Shown here piece by piece: positions 1 to 9,700 of a DNA stretch of 33,535 nt; the stretch's first letter is position 1; the number at the start of each line of letters is the position of its first letter. The translations under genes and the position numbers were made by a program. Origin of the DNA: a bacterium (GTDB lineage Bacteria; Bacillota; Clostridia; Oscillospirales; CAG-272); NCBI GenBank assembly GCA_963643175.1, contig CAVIJF010000001.1, positions 226,975 to 260,509 on the forward strand, written 5' to 3'. Below the pieces are notes generated by a model. It had not been told where the DNA came from and did not search any database. It saw only the letters and a list, made by a program, of their open reading frames with translations.

Positions 1-570
1 TGTCTTGCCGACGCCCGGTTCACCGATGAGGCAGGGATTGTTCTTCTGCCGCCGGCAGAGTATCTGCGTCACGCGGGCAAGCTCCCGCTCTCTGCCGACG
101 ATGCTGTCCAGTTTGCCAGCGCGCGCCGCGTCGGTCAGGCAGGTGCAGTAGGTCGGGAGAAATCTCAGCTGTTTCTTTTCCCGGCCGTCGGCTTCCCGCT
201 CCTTCCGCGTCCGGCGTCCGCCGACCTGCTCCCCGGACGGCTGGTCGTCCTGCCGCTTATCGGGAACGGAGGAATCCGTCAGTCCCATATCCTCAAACAG
301 GCGCGGAATATCAATCGCCGGGGCGCCGCCGTCCTCCAGATCGTCCTGATCGGACGGAACCAGCGAATCCGACACCGAGTCCTCCATGCTTTCCAACTGT
401 TCCGGCGTGATGCCCATCCGCTTGGTGATGTCACCCAACGCCTGATTGACCGGAAGTCCGGATTCGCGTGCGCACCGGAGGCAAAGCCCCTCGCTGGTAC
501 GCTGTCCGTTCTCCAGTTTTGTTATAAAAACCACAGCCATCCGCTTGTGGCATTTTGAACACATAACCAT
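1..570 (-). CDS. clpE: ClpE-like AAA+ Clp ATPase with an N-terminal C4 zinc finger, partial: the 5' end is in the window and the gene runs past position 1
   Basis: The minus-strand frame is open from the ATG at 570 (alternative ATG at 564) to the window edge. It translates as [36 protein letters not shown] (CxxC...CxxC zinc finger), followed by ...[50 protein letters not shown]. This matches the ClpA/B/C/E NBD1 signature up to the Walker A motif at the window edge. An AAAGGAAAAA RBS sits 9 nt upstream. Confidence 0.75.
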   Translation of the reverse strand, partial: MVMCSKCHKRMAVVFITKLENGQRTSEGLCLRCARESGLPVNQALGDITKRMGITPEQLESMEDSVSDSLVPSDQDDLEDGGAPAIDIPRLFEDMGLTDSSVPDKRQDDQPSGEQVGGRRTRKEREADGREKKQLRFLPTYCTCLTDAARAGKLDSIVGRERELARVTQILCRRQKNNPCLIGEPGVGKT

Positions 571-591
571 ACGTTCCGTTTTTCCTTTCAC

Positions 592-611
592 CCGGAGAGG
601 CTTCTCTCCGG
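592..611 (-). other. Small perfect hairpin (8-bp stem, 4-nt loop) in the clpE-like 5' UTR, just upstream of the RBS
   Basis: ccggagag-gctt-ctctccgg, read directly from the sequence. Confidence 0.4.
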
Positions 612-651
612 CAGACAGTGTATGCGGGAATTCCTACAAATACCCGATGAT

Positions 652-680
652 ATATTACCATGTTTTTTGCCGCTTGTCAA
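652..680 (-). promoter_or_regulatory. Sigma-70-type promoter for the clpE-like gene
   Basis: On the minus strand: TTGACA, 17-nt spacer, TGgTAATAT (extended -10). Predicted TSS is about 75 nt upstream of the ATG. Confidence 0.5.
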
Positions 681-721
681 GGGCGGCGGGGTGAATTTTC
701 ACGGTAGCAACAGTGACCATG

Positions 722-762
722 CCGCCATCCCGGCAGGAAAAGATGTCCTGCCGGGATGGCGG
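722..762. repeat. 41-bp perfect palindrome (17-bp arms, 7-nt spacer) followed on the plus strand by a T-rich tract
   Basis: Arms are ccgccatcccggcagga and tcctgccgggatggcgg with spacer aaagatg, then gtttgttgctttgtt. It lies between the two divergent promoters and upstream of both. Confidence 0.8.
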
Positions 763-831
763 GGTTTGTTGCTTTGTTACGCCGGGACTGCCGCTCTGTG
801 TGTCGTTTCCGTGATTTTTTGGCAGAACGTA

Positions 832-860
832 TTGACAGAAGAAACTGTTCATGATATAAT
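832..860 (+). promoter_or_regulatory. Consensus sigma-70 promoter for the membrane-protein gene
   Basis: TTGACA (832-837), 17-nt spacer, TGaTATAAT (852-860). It is an exact consensus with an extended -10. Confidence 0.6.
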
Positions 861-993
861 AACTGTGTGTTTTCGTACATAGTAGCCGTGCCGCTGCGAT
901 CGCGCAGACCGGCGGCTGGAAGAGTCGCCTGCAAACAGCAGGCATCCGGATGATATGCCGCGCCTGCGTGATGCGGCTGGGAAAGGAAAACTC

Positions 994-1836
994 ATGAGTC
1001 AACTTTTGGGATTCGGTATAATCGGATTATTGGGAGCATTTCTTCTTGTCCTGCTGATTGCGGCAGTGGCGGGTATCGTTCACGCCATACGTGAATCGGT
1101 GCGCCTGCACCGCAAACCGCCGATGCTGTCGTTTGTCCTGTGGGGCGTGTCGCTGTTTTCGTTCATAGCGTACATTGCCTCGCGTGTCCTGTGGAACGTC
1201 CTGAGCATAGACCTTTACATACTTGGCAGATTCGGGGATTTCTGGCAGAAATTCCTGCTCGGCGCCTTCTTTGTCTGCCTGACGACTGCGACGGGTTTCT
1301 ATGTCTTTCTCTCCTTCCGCACGCCAGCCGGAAGGCACGGTCATGACGACAGGGATGATGAGGACGATGAGGATGACGTTCTGGACGAGGAGGATCTGGA
1401 GGATCTCCGCCGCCGCGCCGCCATGCGCGATGCCGAGGCGAAGCACAACAGAATCAGCCAGCTTCTGTCGGTTGCAGTGCCGCTGGTTCTGGATGCCATT
1501 CTGATCGGACTGCTTATTGTCACAGGTGTGATTGTGCAGTATAAGCACAATGTAACGGAACTGCATTCACCGGATGGAAACCGCGTGATTTACGTGGATA
1601 ACGGCACGCTTACCATGAACGGCTACATTCAGGGCAGCGCACCGTATGTCTTTACGTATGAAAAGGTGAACCCCTTCATGGTTGCCAAACTGGACCGCCC
1701 AGCCGGGCAGGACGCTCCCTCTGTGCTGGACGTCAGCGAGGAGAACCTGATCTGGAAGGAGGACAGACTCCGTATCCTGTACGGAAACACTTGTGTAGAC
1801 TACTTCTATTACGGGGTCGAGCCGACGGAGGAGTAA
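994..1836 (+). CDS. Hypothetical multi-pass membrane protein with a poly-acidic loop
   Basis: ORF 955..1836 in the track. The ATG at 994 is preferred because of a GGGAAAGGAAAA RBS. Hydrophobic helices are MSQLLGFGIIGLLGAFLLVLLIAAVAGIV..., and there is a DDRDDEDDEDDVLDEEDLEDL tract. No family was recognised. Confidence 0.65.
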   Translation: MSQLLGFGIIGLLGAFLLVLLIAAVAGIVHAIRESVRLHRKPPMLSFVLWGVSLFSFIAYIASRVLWNVLSIDLYILGRFGDFWQKFLLGAFFVCLTTATGFYVFLSFRTPAGRHGHDDRDDEDDEDDVLDEEDLEDLRRRAAMRDAEAKHNRISQLLSVAVPLVLDAILIGLLIVTGVIVQYKHNVTELHSPDGNRVIYVDNGTLTMNGYIQGSAPYVFTYEKVNPFMVAKLDRPAGQDAPSVLDVSEENLIWKEDRLRILYGNTCVDYFYYGVEPTEE

Positions 1837-1861
1837 CGCCGGCGGGCGCGACCGGTCAGAT

Positions 1862-1907
1862 AAAAAAGCAGGGATGCAACCTTTGTGGGTTGCATCCCTG
1901 CTTTTTT
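1862..1907. terminator. Bidirectional rho-independent terminator between the convergent membrane-protein and EEP genes
   Basis: aaaaaa-gcagggatgcaacc-tttgtg-ggttgcatccctgc-tttttt: a 14-bp perfect stem flanked by an A-run and a T-run. Confidence 0.8.
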
Positions 1908-1942
1908 CAGCCAATTGGCGGCTGGCAGCCGGGTTGCCCCAA

Positions 1943-2686
1943 TCAATCCCCCGTCAGCGAAAACCGTGCCCAGAAGAGATTGTGGTCAGACTCGCCGCCG
2001 ACGCGCATACCGCACGCGGTCAGCGTCAGCGCCGTGCTGTCGTATACAATGTTGTCTATCGCCATAGGCGGCTCACGGAAGGTTTGGAACCGCGCTCCCT
2101 GCGGGCGGTCGGGTGCCAGCGCGTTGGCAAGTGCAGCGCGACCATCCAGCAGCGGCTGAAGCTCGGAGTAGGTTTCGGTATTGAAATCGCCGGTCAGGAC
2201 AAACGCCTCGTCCGCCGGTATGCGCCGGATTCCCGCACGCAGTACCTCAATCTGCGGTCTGCGGCTGGCGGGATTCTCAAAAGCAAGGTGCGTGTTGAGC
2301 AGATGCAGGAGACGTCCGGGCTTTCCGTTTTCCTCCAGACGGATTACCGCGTGCATACAGGAGCGCGGCTCCTCCCCCTCCCGGTGCGGGAGGGGGAGGC
2401 AGGTCAGGCGCTCGGGATATACCGACGGAAACCGGGACAGGAACGCAATTCCGTACTCCCCGCCGTCATACGGCATGGCGGGGGAGAAGCGCCCGTAGCG
2501 CCACCCCAGCAGGCGGAGCAGCTCGCTCAGCCCGTCCGTCCCGCCGGCGCGGTGCGTGCGCCGATCCACTTCCTGCAGACCGACTATGTCGGCGCCGCTC
2601 TCCCGGATTACGGCGGCAAGCTGCGCCCAGTCATACCTGACCGCCGCCCCGTGCAGAATGTTGTAGGATGCGACTGTCAGGTTCAT
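1943..2686 (-). CDS. Endonuclease/exonuclease/phosphatase (EEP) family protein
   Basis: The N-terminus MNLTVASYNILHGAAV...DIVGLQEVD is typical of the EEP fold. Its ATG lies 1 nt after the TGA of the upstream gene (TGAtATG), indicating translational coupling. Confidence 0.8.
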   Translation of the reverse strand: MNLTVASYNILHGAAVRYDWAQLAAVIRESGADIVGLQEVDRRTHRAGGTDGLSELLRLLGWRYGRFSPAMPYDGGEYGIAFLSRFPSVYPERLTCLPLPHREGEEPRSCMHAVIRLEENGKPGRLLHLLNTHLAFENPASRRPQIEVLRAGIRRIPADEAFVLTGDFNTETYSELQPLLDGRAALANALAPDRPQGARFQTFREPPMAIDNIVYDSTALTLTACGMRVGGESDHNLFWARFSLTGD

Positions 2687-2687
2687 A

Positions 2688-5600
2688 TCAGCGCTTCACA
2701 TCCCTGTCCAGGAGGTCAAAGGTCACGCCGCCCACGTGCGGATTGCTGTTCTTCTGCACGCGACGCTTCTCAAGGAACTTGATGCCGACAGAATCCTGCT
2801 GGAGCGTACCCAGCATATTCTCAATGTGTAACCCCGTCTCGCTGGCGCCGTCCTCCGTGCGGAATTCCACGCGCACCTCGGCACCGGTCATCGGCAGCTG
2901 GTTGGACAGGACGTAGCGGTAGGGAGTCAGCGTACCGTTCAGCTCAAACTCCACCACGGAGGCGGGCATCTCACAGCCGCTGTTATACACCGAGAAGCGG
3001 ACGTATGCCTTGCCCACGCCTGTGTAGGATGCGCGAAGCGTCAGCTCCACCATATCGGAATTCTTGATGAAGGGCGTCAGAACGCCGGTCGAGTAGACGT
3101 TGGTGCAGCCCTCCATCGACTGACTGAGCGCATCCAGCGTCGTGACTTTGACGTAAGAATGGAACGGAACCACATACACGGTGCCTTCCCACTTTCCGTC
3201 TGCCGTCACGGACTTGAGCAGTCCCTGACCGTTGGATCCGTCGCCGTCGCCAATCTGGATGATGTTGTAGGAAACGCCGTCACGGACAACGCCCACGGAC
3301 GAGGTTGTGCCGCCGGTGTAGCCCGGGCGGGGCATATTCTTCGATGCCAACAATTCTATGGCTTCCTTCTCTGCATTGGCCTGGCTGTCGCTGAAGGTGA
3401 TATGGTGCAGCATCCGGACGCCGCGGTTCCACATATACTCCAGCTGCGTGTAAGCGTCAGCGCCGCTGTCCTGCAGGGCGCAGTACTCACCGATGGAAAT
3501 ATTCCACTGTCCCGCACGGTTGGCAACAGTGATCCAGTTGTCGCCGCTGTTGGCAATATATCCGTAGCGCGTGCCGCCGTAGGATGTGCCACAGGTCAGG
3601 ACGGTATCAATGGGGGAAATGCGGGTGTCTGCCTGCCCGAGGAAACCGGACACGGCTTCTCCTTCCGGAATCTGATGCGCCGAAATGGACTCGGGCGGAT
3701 ACCCGGCAATCAGTGCCTCGCGGTATGCCTCCATGATGCGCTTGCTGACAATATAGCGGTTGTACAGTGCCCACTGCGTGAAGTAATCGCCTGCGTACTT
3801 GTCCCAGTCACCGCGACCGCTCTCACGCGGCGGGTCGATTTCCTCCACGCTGGCGAAGGTGGTTCCCAGCTTTTCGTTGATCTGCTCCAGCGTTCCGTAC
3901 TGCTGCAACAGGTACAGGCGGAAGCCCTGAATCATATTCTGGTTATAGTCTCCGACCGAGCCGGGCACATTGATTTCGTGCTCATGCACGGGCGACACAC
4001 CCACCAAATGCTCCGGGTTGCCGTTCTCACCCCGGAATTCCACCACCATGGAGCGCAGGAAGGAGCGCAGCGGATAAATACGCAGCTTGGCAAGGTCAAG
4101 GATACCGTCCGCATAGGTGCCGATATAGAAACTGGATTCCAGTTCCAGATATTCGGACGCCTCGCCGTTCTTTCCGATCGAAATGTAGTCGTGTGCGCCG
4201 GTATAGGAATTCACGTAATTCTGCAGATGGGCGGTGGCGGAAATCTTGTTCCAGCGGTGTGTGAAGCACGGCTCAAGGAACATATGGCTTGAGCGGAAGG
4301 AATTGATATATCCGCTGATGCCGCCGAAGGCATAGTTCGCATAGGTGGCGCTGTCAAAGACCTGTTCCACCTTTTCCGAAGTGGAGGCACTGTTCAGCTT
4401 GCTTATGATGCCGTTGGACAGGTCACAGCGGATATGCTGGAAGGAGCCGGTACTGACGTAGGTGTCATCGTTATCATTCCAGTAACGGGCGGTGTAGAAC
4501 ACGTTTTCGCGGAACGCGACGTCAAGAAGACCGCTGTTCCCTCCGTCATAGTCATACGTGACCACAAACGAACGGTTCTCCTCGCCCTCTACTTCAGGCA
4601 GGGTCACAATGTACCGTTCCCCGACATTGGCGGAAGCATACACACCGGTCGCCGTGTCCGGCAGAGAAATGCCGCTGTTCCGGAATTCGGCGGTACGTGC
4701 ATTCCCCTCGTAGACAAGCTGCTTTGCCTTAAAATGCAGGATAATGCTGTCCTCCGTGCCGTCATTCATGGTGCGCACGGTGGCGGCGACCTCAAGGGTC
4801 TCGCCGTCTGTCGTTGGCAGTGCGAAGGCGCAGTCCAGCGTGTTCCGGCTGATGACCGACCCGTCCGCCAGATTGATCAGTACTGTCGGCAGCTTGCCGT
4901 CAGCCGTCATGCTCTGGGACAGGACAAGCAGGGTTTCGTCCTTGCTGCCCGCCACGAAGTGTCCCGTCAGGATGGTGTAGGGTCCCTCCATGATGGGGCT
5001 GAGCGTAATCTCCATGCGCAGGGTGCCGAACGTATCAAACACACGGATGTCTCCGTTCCTGCCGTCGTGCTTTACAAAGGCAGCCGTTGCAATCAGCGTT
5101 TCGTTGCCGACCTGTGCAGCCGCTACCTGCACACCGCCGCGGACGGACGGGTCAAACGCAAGGAACTGTGCCGTGACCGTCTGCTGCTGATTCAGGACGC
5201 GCACAACCGTATGGTTCGCCTCGTTTGTGCCGTCTCCCATGAAGTAACCCTCGCCCGCCACGATGCGCGGTCCCGCCGTCACACCGTCAACGGCGCCGAT
5301 CTGGGCAAAGTAGACGCTGGACTGCACGCCCAGATTCAGATCCGGCGCGGTGTAGTAGACAGCGTTGTTTTTCCCGTTGGAGATGCGGTCAGGCAGATCG
5401 ATGAAGGCATTGACGATGTCCTCCTCCGAGGCGTCGGTCATGTACAGGTACATTGCCTCCAGCGTGTAGAGATCATGGTAGGTATCCAGCGTTTCGCCGC
5501 CGTCAAAGAACATGACCAGCTTGTGGTCGTACACCAGCACCTTCTTGCCGAGATCGGCGGCAATCAGCTGCGGCGCCGCCATGCCGGTCAGAGCACCGCC

Positions 5601-6041
5601 GGTCACGCCGTAGGTATCGTACACAAAGTCCGCCAGAACCTCGACCTCACCGTCGGACAGCGCGACCAGATCGGCGGAATACTCGTTCAGCTCGGCGCCG
5701 CGGTACCCCTTGGCGGTGTTCAGACCGAGCACCAGCGCGTCGTTGCCCGCCAATACGTCATGAATGCGGGTCGCCGTGATATACTGAGCGTAGTCTGGCG
5801 TATCCGCTTCGGGGAATACGACAGCCGAGGCGTGCGGATCGGTTTCCGTCTCGGTGTCGGACCCGGCGGTGTCAGGCTCTCCGGAGCCGGATTCGTCGGG
5901 TACAATCTGGATGGTTTCAGGCAGCGTAGTCTCTCCGTCGCCGCTTTCCGTGCGGCAGGAAACGGAACACAGAACGGTGAGAAGCAGGACTGCCAGCGTC
6001 AGCAGGATGCCAAGCACAAGGTATTTCGCATTGTTTTTCAT
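2688..6041 (-). CDS. Large secreted lipoprotein (1117 aa) with FG-GAP-like beta-propeller repeats and a C-terminal glycoside-hydrolase-like region
   Basis: Signal/lipobox-like N-terminus MKNNAKYLVLGILLTLAVLLLTVLCSVSC. Repeated ..GDG.. / ..DLG.. motifs are present (FMGDGTNEA, HDGRNGDIRVFD). The C-terminal segment FRLYLLQQYGTLEQINEKLGTTFASVEEIDPP...GDWDKYAGDYFTQW resembles the GH42 / DUF4832-type motif. RBS GGGAAAGGAAACC. The family assignment is tentative. Confidence 0.7.
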   Translation of the reverse strand: MKNNAKYLVLGILLTLAVLLLTVLCSVSCRTESGDGETTLPETIQIVPDESGSGEPDTAGSDTETETDPHASAVVFPEADTPDYAQYITATRIHDVLAGNDALVLGLNTAKGYRGAELNEYSADLVALSDGEVEVLADFVYDTYGVTGGALTGMAAPQLIAADLGKKVLVYDHKLVMFFDGGETLDTYHDLYTLEAMYLYMTDASEEDIVNAFIDLPDRISNGKNNAVYYTAPDLNLGVQSSVYFAQIGAVDGVTAGPRIVAGEGYFMGDGTNEANHTVVRVLNQQQTVTAQFLAFDPSVRGGVQVAAAQVGNETLIATAAFVKHDGRNGDIRVFDTFGTLRMEITLSPIMEGPYTILTGHFVAGSKDETLLVLSQSMTADGKLPTVLINLADGSVISRNTLDCAFALPTTDGETLEVAATVRTMNDGTEDSIILHFKAKQLVYEGNARTAEFRNSGISLPDTATGVYASANVGERYIVTLPEVEGEENRSFVVTYDYDGGNSGLLDVAFRENVFYTARYWNDNDDTYVSTGSFQHIRCDLSNGIISKLNSASTSEKVEQVFDSATYANYAFGGISGYINSFRSSHMFLEPCFTHRWNKISATAHLQNYVNSYTGAHDYISIGKNGEASEYLELESSFYIGTYADGILDLAKLRIYPLRSFLRSMVVEFRGENGNPEHLVGVSPVHEHEINVPGSVGDYNQNMIQGFRLYLLQQYGTLEQINEKLGTTFASVEEIDPPRESGRGDWDKYAGDYFTQWALYNRYIVSKRIMEAYREALIAGYPPESISAHQIPEGEAVSGFLGQADTRISPIDTVLTCGTSYGGTRYGYIANSGDNWITVANRAGQWNISIGEYCALQDSGADAYTQLEYMWNRGVRMLHHITFSDSQANAEKEAIELLASKNMPRPGYTGGTTSSVGVVRDGVSYNIIQIGDGDGSNGQGLLKSVTADGKWEGTVYVVPFHSYVKVTTLDALSQSMEGCTNVYSTGVLTPFIKNSDMVELTLRASYTGVGKAYVRFSVYNSGCEMPASVVEFELNGTLTPYRYVLSNQLPMTGAEVRVEFRTEDGASETGLHIENMLGTLQQDSVGIKFLEKRRVQKNSNPHVGGVTFDLLDRDVKR

Positions 6042-6089
6042 GTTGTGGTTTCCTTTCCCGTTAAGGTCTGATTTGGTTCGTCTTCCGGA

Positions 6090-6734
6090 CTATCCCCGCC
6101 GCCCCGCAGGCACACGTGCTGCGAGACGCGCAAGGTAAGCGCCGGTGTCAAAGAGTTCCAGTCTGGTGTCTGCCCGCAGATACAGCGGATGGTGGGGATG
6201 TCCTGCCTTGGACAGTGCACCGGCGTGATACCAGACGGCGCCGCGCTGTCCGGCAATCTCCAGCATATCCGCCACGCAGGCGAACAGGTAGGTGCGCTTT
6301 TCGATAATGCTCCCCCATGCCGCCCACACGGCAGGCTCATCACGGCAATGCGCAAGCAGGTGCGCAAATGCCTTCATATTCTCGCCGTGAAGCCATGTGT
6401 TGGGGGTTTTCTCCATGTCGTCCGGGCGGGTTGCCCGCTGGGCGTACACGTTGAACATGAGGAAACTGTCATATCCGTTGAAGCGCGCAATGCGCTGAGC
6501 GGACTGCAGGGTCGGGTCGAGCCTGTCCGGCTTGGCTGTGGAAGGATTGATGCCCACGCAGATAAGAGGATGCGTCCCGCGCGTACCGAGAATATACCGG
6601 TACTCTTCATAGGTTGGCGGAACGTACAGCCAGCGGCTGACATCGTAGTCCGTCTGCGGGCATTCGGCAGCGGCAAGTGCCTCCGCAAAGGACAGCACGT
6701 CGATGCCGGCGGTGTCCTGCTTTGGTATGTGCAT
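6090..6734 (-). CDS. Conserved hypothetical protein, DUF1643-like
   Basis: The track ORF 6090..6803 is trimmed to the ATG at 6734, which has a GGGAGG RBS. The ...LICVGINPSTAKPD... motif recalls the DUF1643 hallmark, from memory. The start is 12 nt after the polC stop. Confidence 0.6.
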   Translation of the reverse strand: MHIPKQDTAGIDVLSFAEALAAAECPQTDYDVSRWLYVPPTYEEYRYILGTRGTHPLICVGINPSTAKPDRLDPTLQSAQRIARFNGYDSFLMFNVYAQRATRPDDMEKTPNTWLHGENMKAFAHLLAHCRDEPAVWAAWGSIIEKRTYLFACVADMLEIAGQRGAVWYHAGALSKAGHPHHPLYLRADTRLELFDTGAYLARLAARVPAGRRG

Positions 6735-6748
6735 GACAGGTTCCCTCC

Positions 6749-9700
6749 CTAAAAAGCAATGGTCATCTGGTCGGTCTCGTCCAGCCCGTCCAGCACCCGG
6801 CACTGGCGGAGGATATCCACCACCGCCCGCGTCAGTTTGGCGCGGGTCTGCAGATCCTCCACGGAGAAGAACGGCTCCTCTTCGCGTGCGGCGACAATGT
6901 TCGCCGCGGCGTTGTCGCCCACCCCGGCAAGAGCCGAAAAGGGCATCCGGATGCCGCCGTCCTCCGGCAGATACTCGCGGTCACTGGAGTGCACCAGATC
7001 GACCGGCAGGAAGCGGATTCCCCGCGCCATCGCCTCATTGATGAGCTGCAGAACCGGCAGACTCTGCTGTTCCTTCGGCTGGGCGTCGTTGCCGCGCTTG
7101 TCGATGTCAAGAATATACTCCTGCACAGCCCGCTTGCCGCGCATGACCAGCTCCCCGTCAAACCCGGTCGGCTGAACCGTGAACATGGCACAGTAGAACG
7201 CCAGCGGGCGGTGCACCTTGTACCACCCCAGCCGGATAGCCGACATATCGTATGCGGCGGCGTGTGCCTTCGGGAACATATACTTTATCTTCTTGCAGGA
7301 GGCAATGTACCAGTCCGGCACATTGGCGGCGCGCATCTCCGCCTCGTACTCCGGGGTCAGTCCCTTGCCTTTCCGCACCATCTCCATTATCTTGAAGGAA
7401 TGGCTTTTCTCCACGCCGTAACGGATCAGCGCCAGCATGATAGAGTCGCGTGTTCCGATGACATTGGAAATGGTACAGGTTCCGTTCTTTATCAGATCCT
7501 GCGCGTTGTTCGTCCAGACGTCGGTGCCGTGCGACAGACCGGAAATCTGGAGCAGGTCGGAGAAGGACTGCGGGCGCGATTCCTGCAGCATCTTGATGAC
7601 GAATTTGGTACCCAGTTCCGGCAGCCCCAGCGTTCCGAGCGGTACACCGGCAATGTCGTCCGGCGATACGCCCAGCGAGCGGGTGGACAGGAACAGGTCG
7701 TAAATGGAACGGTCGTTCATGGGCACATCCATAACCGAGGTGTCCGAATACTTCTCCAGATACTTGTACTTGGTCGGCATATCGTGCCCTAACTCGTCCA
7801 GCTTGAGTAGCGTATCGTGCAGATACTCAAACGTGAAATGCGTGGTCACGATGTCCGAGTTGGGGTCGTCCGCCGGGTGCTGCACCGGGCAGAAGTCGTA
7901 AATCTGATACTCCTTCGGCACCACGACGATACCGCCGGGATGCTGTCCCGTCGTGCGGCGGACACCGACACAGCGGGAGGACAGGCGGTTGACCTCGGCG
8001 CGGTTCACGCTGATGCCCTTCCCTTCCAGATACTTCATGACAAAGCCGTAGGCGGTCTTGTCCGCCAGTGCGCCGATGGTTCCGGCGCGGAACACGTTTT
8101 CGGCGCCGAACAGCTGCTCGGTGTACTTGTGGACCTTGCCCTGCACTTCGCCGGAGAAGTTCAGGTCAATATCCGGAGACTTGTCGCCGTAAAATCCGAG
8201 GAAGGTTTCAAAGGGAATGTCGTGCCCGTCGTAGTTGAGTTTTGTCCCGCAGCGCGGGCAGGTCGCATCCGGCAAATCAAAGCCGGAACCGATTTCGGGC
8301 GGCACGTCAAAGTTGCTGTACCGGCAGTCCGGGCACCAGTAGTGCGGGCGCAGGGGGTTGACCTCCGAGATTCCCGCCAACGATGCCACAACCGAGGAGC
8401 CGACCGAGCCGCGCGAGCCGACCAGATACCCCTGCTGTTCGCTGTAATAAACCAGCTTCTGTGCAATCATGTACAGTACGGCGAAGCCGTTCTTGATGAT
8501 GGAGGACAGTTCACGCTCCAGCCGCTGTGCCACAATATCGGGCAGCGGGTCGCCATACCGCTTCCGGGCGTTCTCATAGCAGATGCGGGTGAGATCCTCC
8601 TCCGCGCCGTCCATGTGCGGCGTAAAGGTTCCCTTCGGGAAGGGGCGCACATTGTCCTCAATACAGCCCGCGATATAGTTTGTGTTGGTGACGACTACCT
8701 CGTAAGCCTTCTCCGCTCCGAGGTAGGCAAACTCATCCAGCATCTCGCGCGTCGTGCGGTAGTACAGCCCGCAGTCGCGGTCGTAGTCCCGGAATTTCAT
8801 GCCCGCCTGCAGAATCTTGCGGTATATTTCATCCTCCGGATTCATGAAGTGCGCATCGCAGGTGGCAACGACCGGCTTGCCGTACTTCTCGCCCAGCGCA
8901 ACCACCCGCCTGTTCAGATTGCGCAGGTCCTCATCGTCCCGGACCTTCCCCTCCGCAATGAGGAACCGGTTGTTGCAGACAGGCTGTATCTCCAGATAGT
9001 CATAGAACCGGACAATTGTCTCAATCTCCGCCTCCGGCTTGTTGTCCAGTATGGCGCGGAACAGTTCTCCCGCTTCGCAGGCGGAGCCTATGATAAGCCC
9101 CTCCCGATACTTTTCCAGCTCGGTTTTGGGAATCCGCGGGTTTTTCTTGAAATACTTCAGGTAACTGTCCGAAATCAGGCGGTAGAGATTCTTCTGCCCC
9201 ACCTTGTTGCGGATGAGGATAATCTGGTGGTAGGAAGGCAGGCGGGTCGGATCCGTTTTCTCCGCCATATCGGTACGCAGGGCTTCAAATGTCCGGATGC
9301 CCCCCTCGTCCAGATCGGCAAGCATGGAAAACCAGATGTTCGCCAGCATTTCCGCATCGTCACAGGCGCGGTGATGGTTGAAGTCGCCGAGACTGTAATG
9401 CTCCGCCACAGTGTCCAACTTATGATTTTTCAGGTCGGGCAGGAGGTAACGCGCCAGCGCCAGCGTATCCAGATACGGATTCGTAAACGGAACGCCGTGC
9501 CGGTCCGCCGCCGCCCGGATAAATCCGGTGTCGAAGTCGGCGTTGTGGGCAATCAGCAGCATTGCGCCGCCGTCCGCCCGCCTGCCGACAAAATCAAAGA
9601 ACATCCGCAGTGCGGTCAGTTCGTCCGGCGCACCCGTCGTCATGTCCTGCGTGATGCCGGTCAGCTTGGTAATTTCCGACGGAATAACGCCCTCCGGGTC

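Noticed and set aside
573-700. CtsR operator upstream of the clpE-like gene
   Set aside because: The A/GGTCAAA-NAN-A/GGTCAAA heptad repeat was searched for by eye on both strands. Only a single GGTCA half was seen, so a CtsR site is not supported.
431-882. ORFs 431..661(-), 446..694(+) and 622..882(+)
   Set aside because: They fall in the clpE 5' region and promoter intergenic region. The true clpE-like frame is a different one that runs off the window, and these frames lack RBSs and homology.
3159-6071. Plus-strand ORFs 3159..4292 (377 aa) and 4434..6071 (545 aa)
   Set aside because: Shadow ORFs opposite the 1117-aa lipoprotein gene. Low-complexity composition and no RBS.
6042-6089. Possible terminator between the DUF1643 gene and the lipoprotein gene
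   Set aside because: No inverted repeat or U-tract is present. Only an RBS is there, so read-through from polC is assumed.
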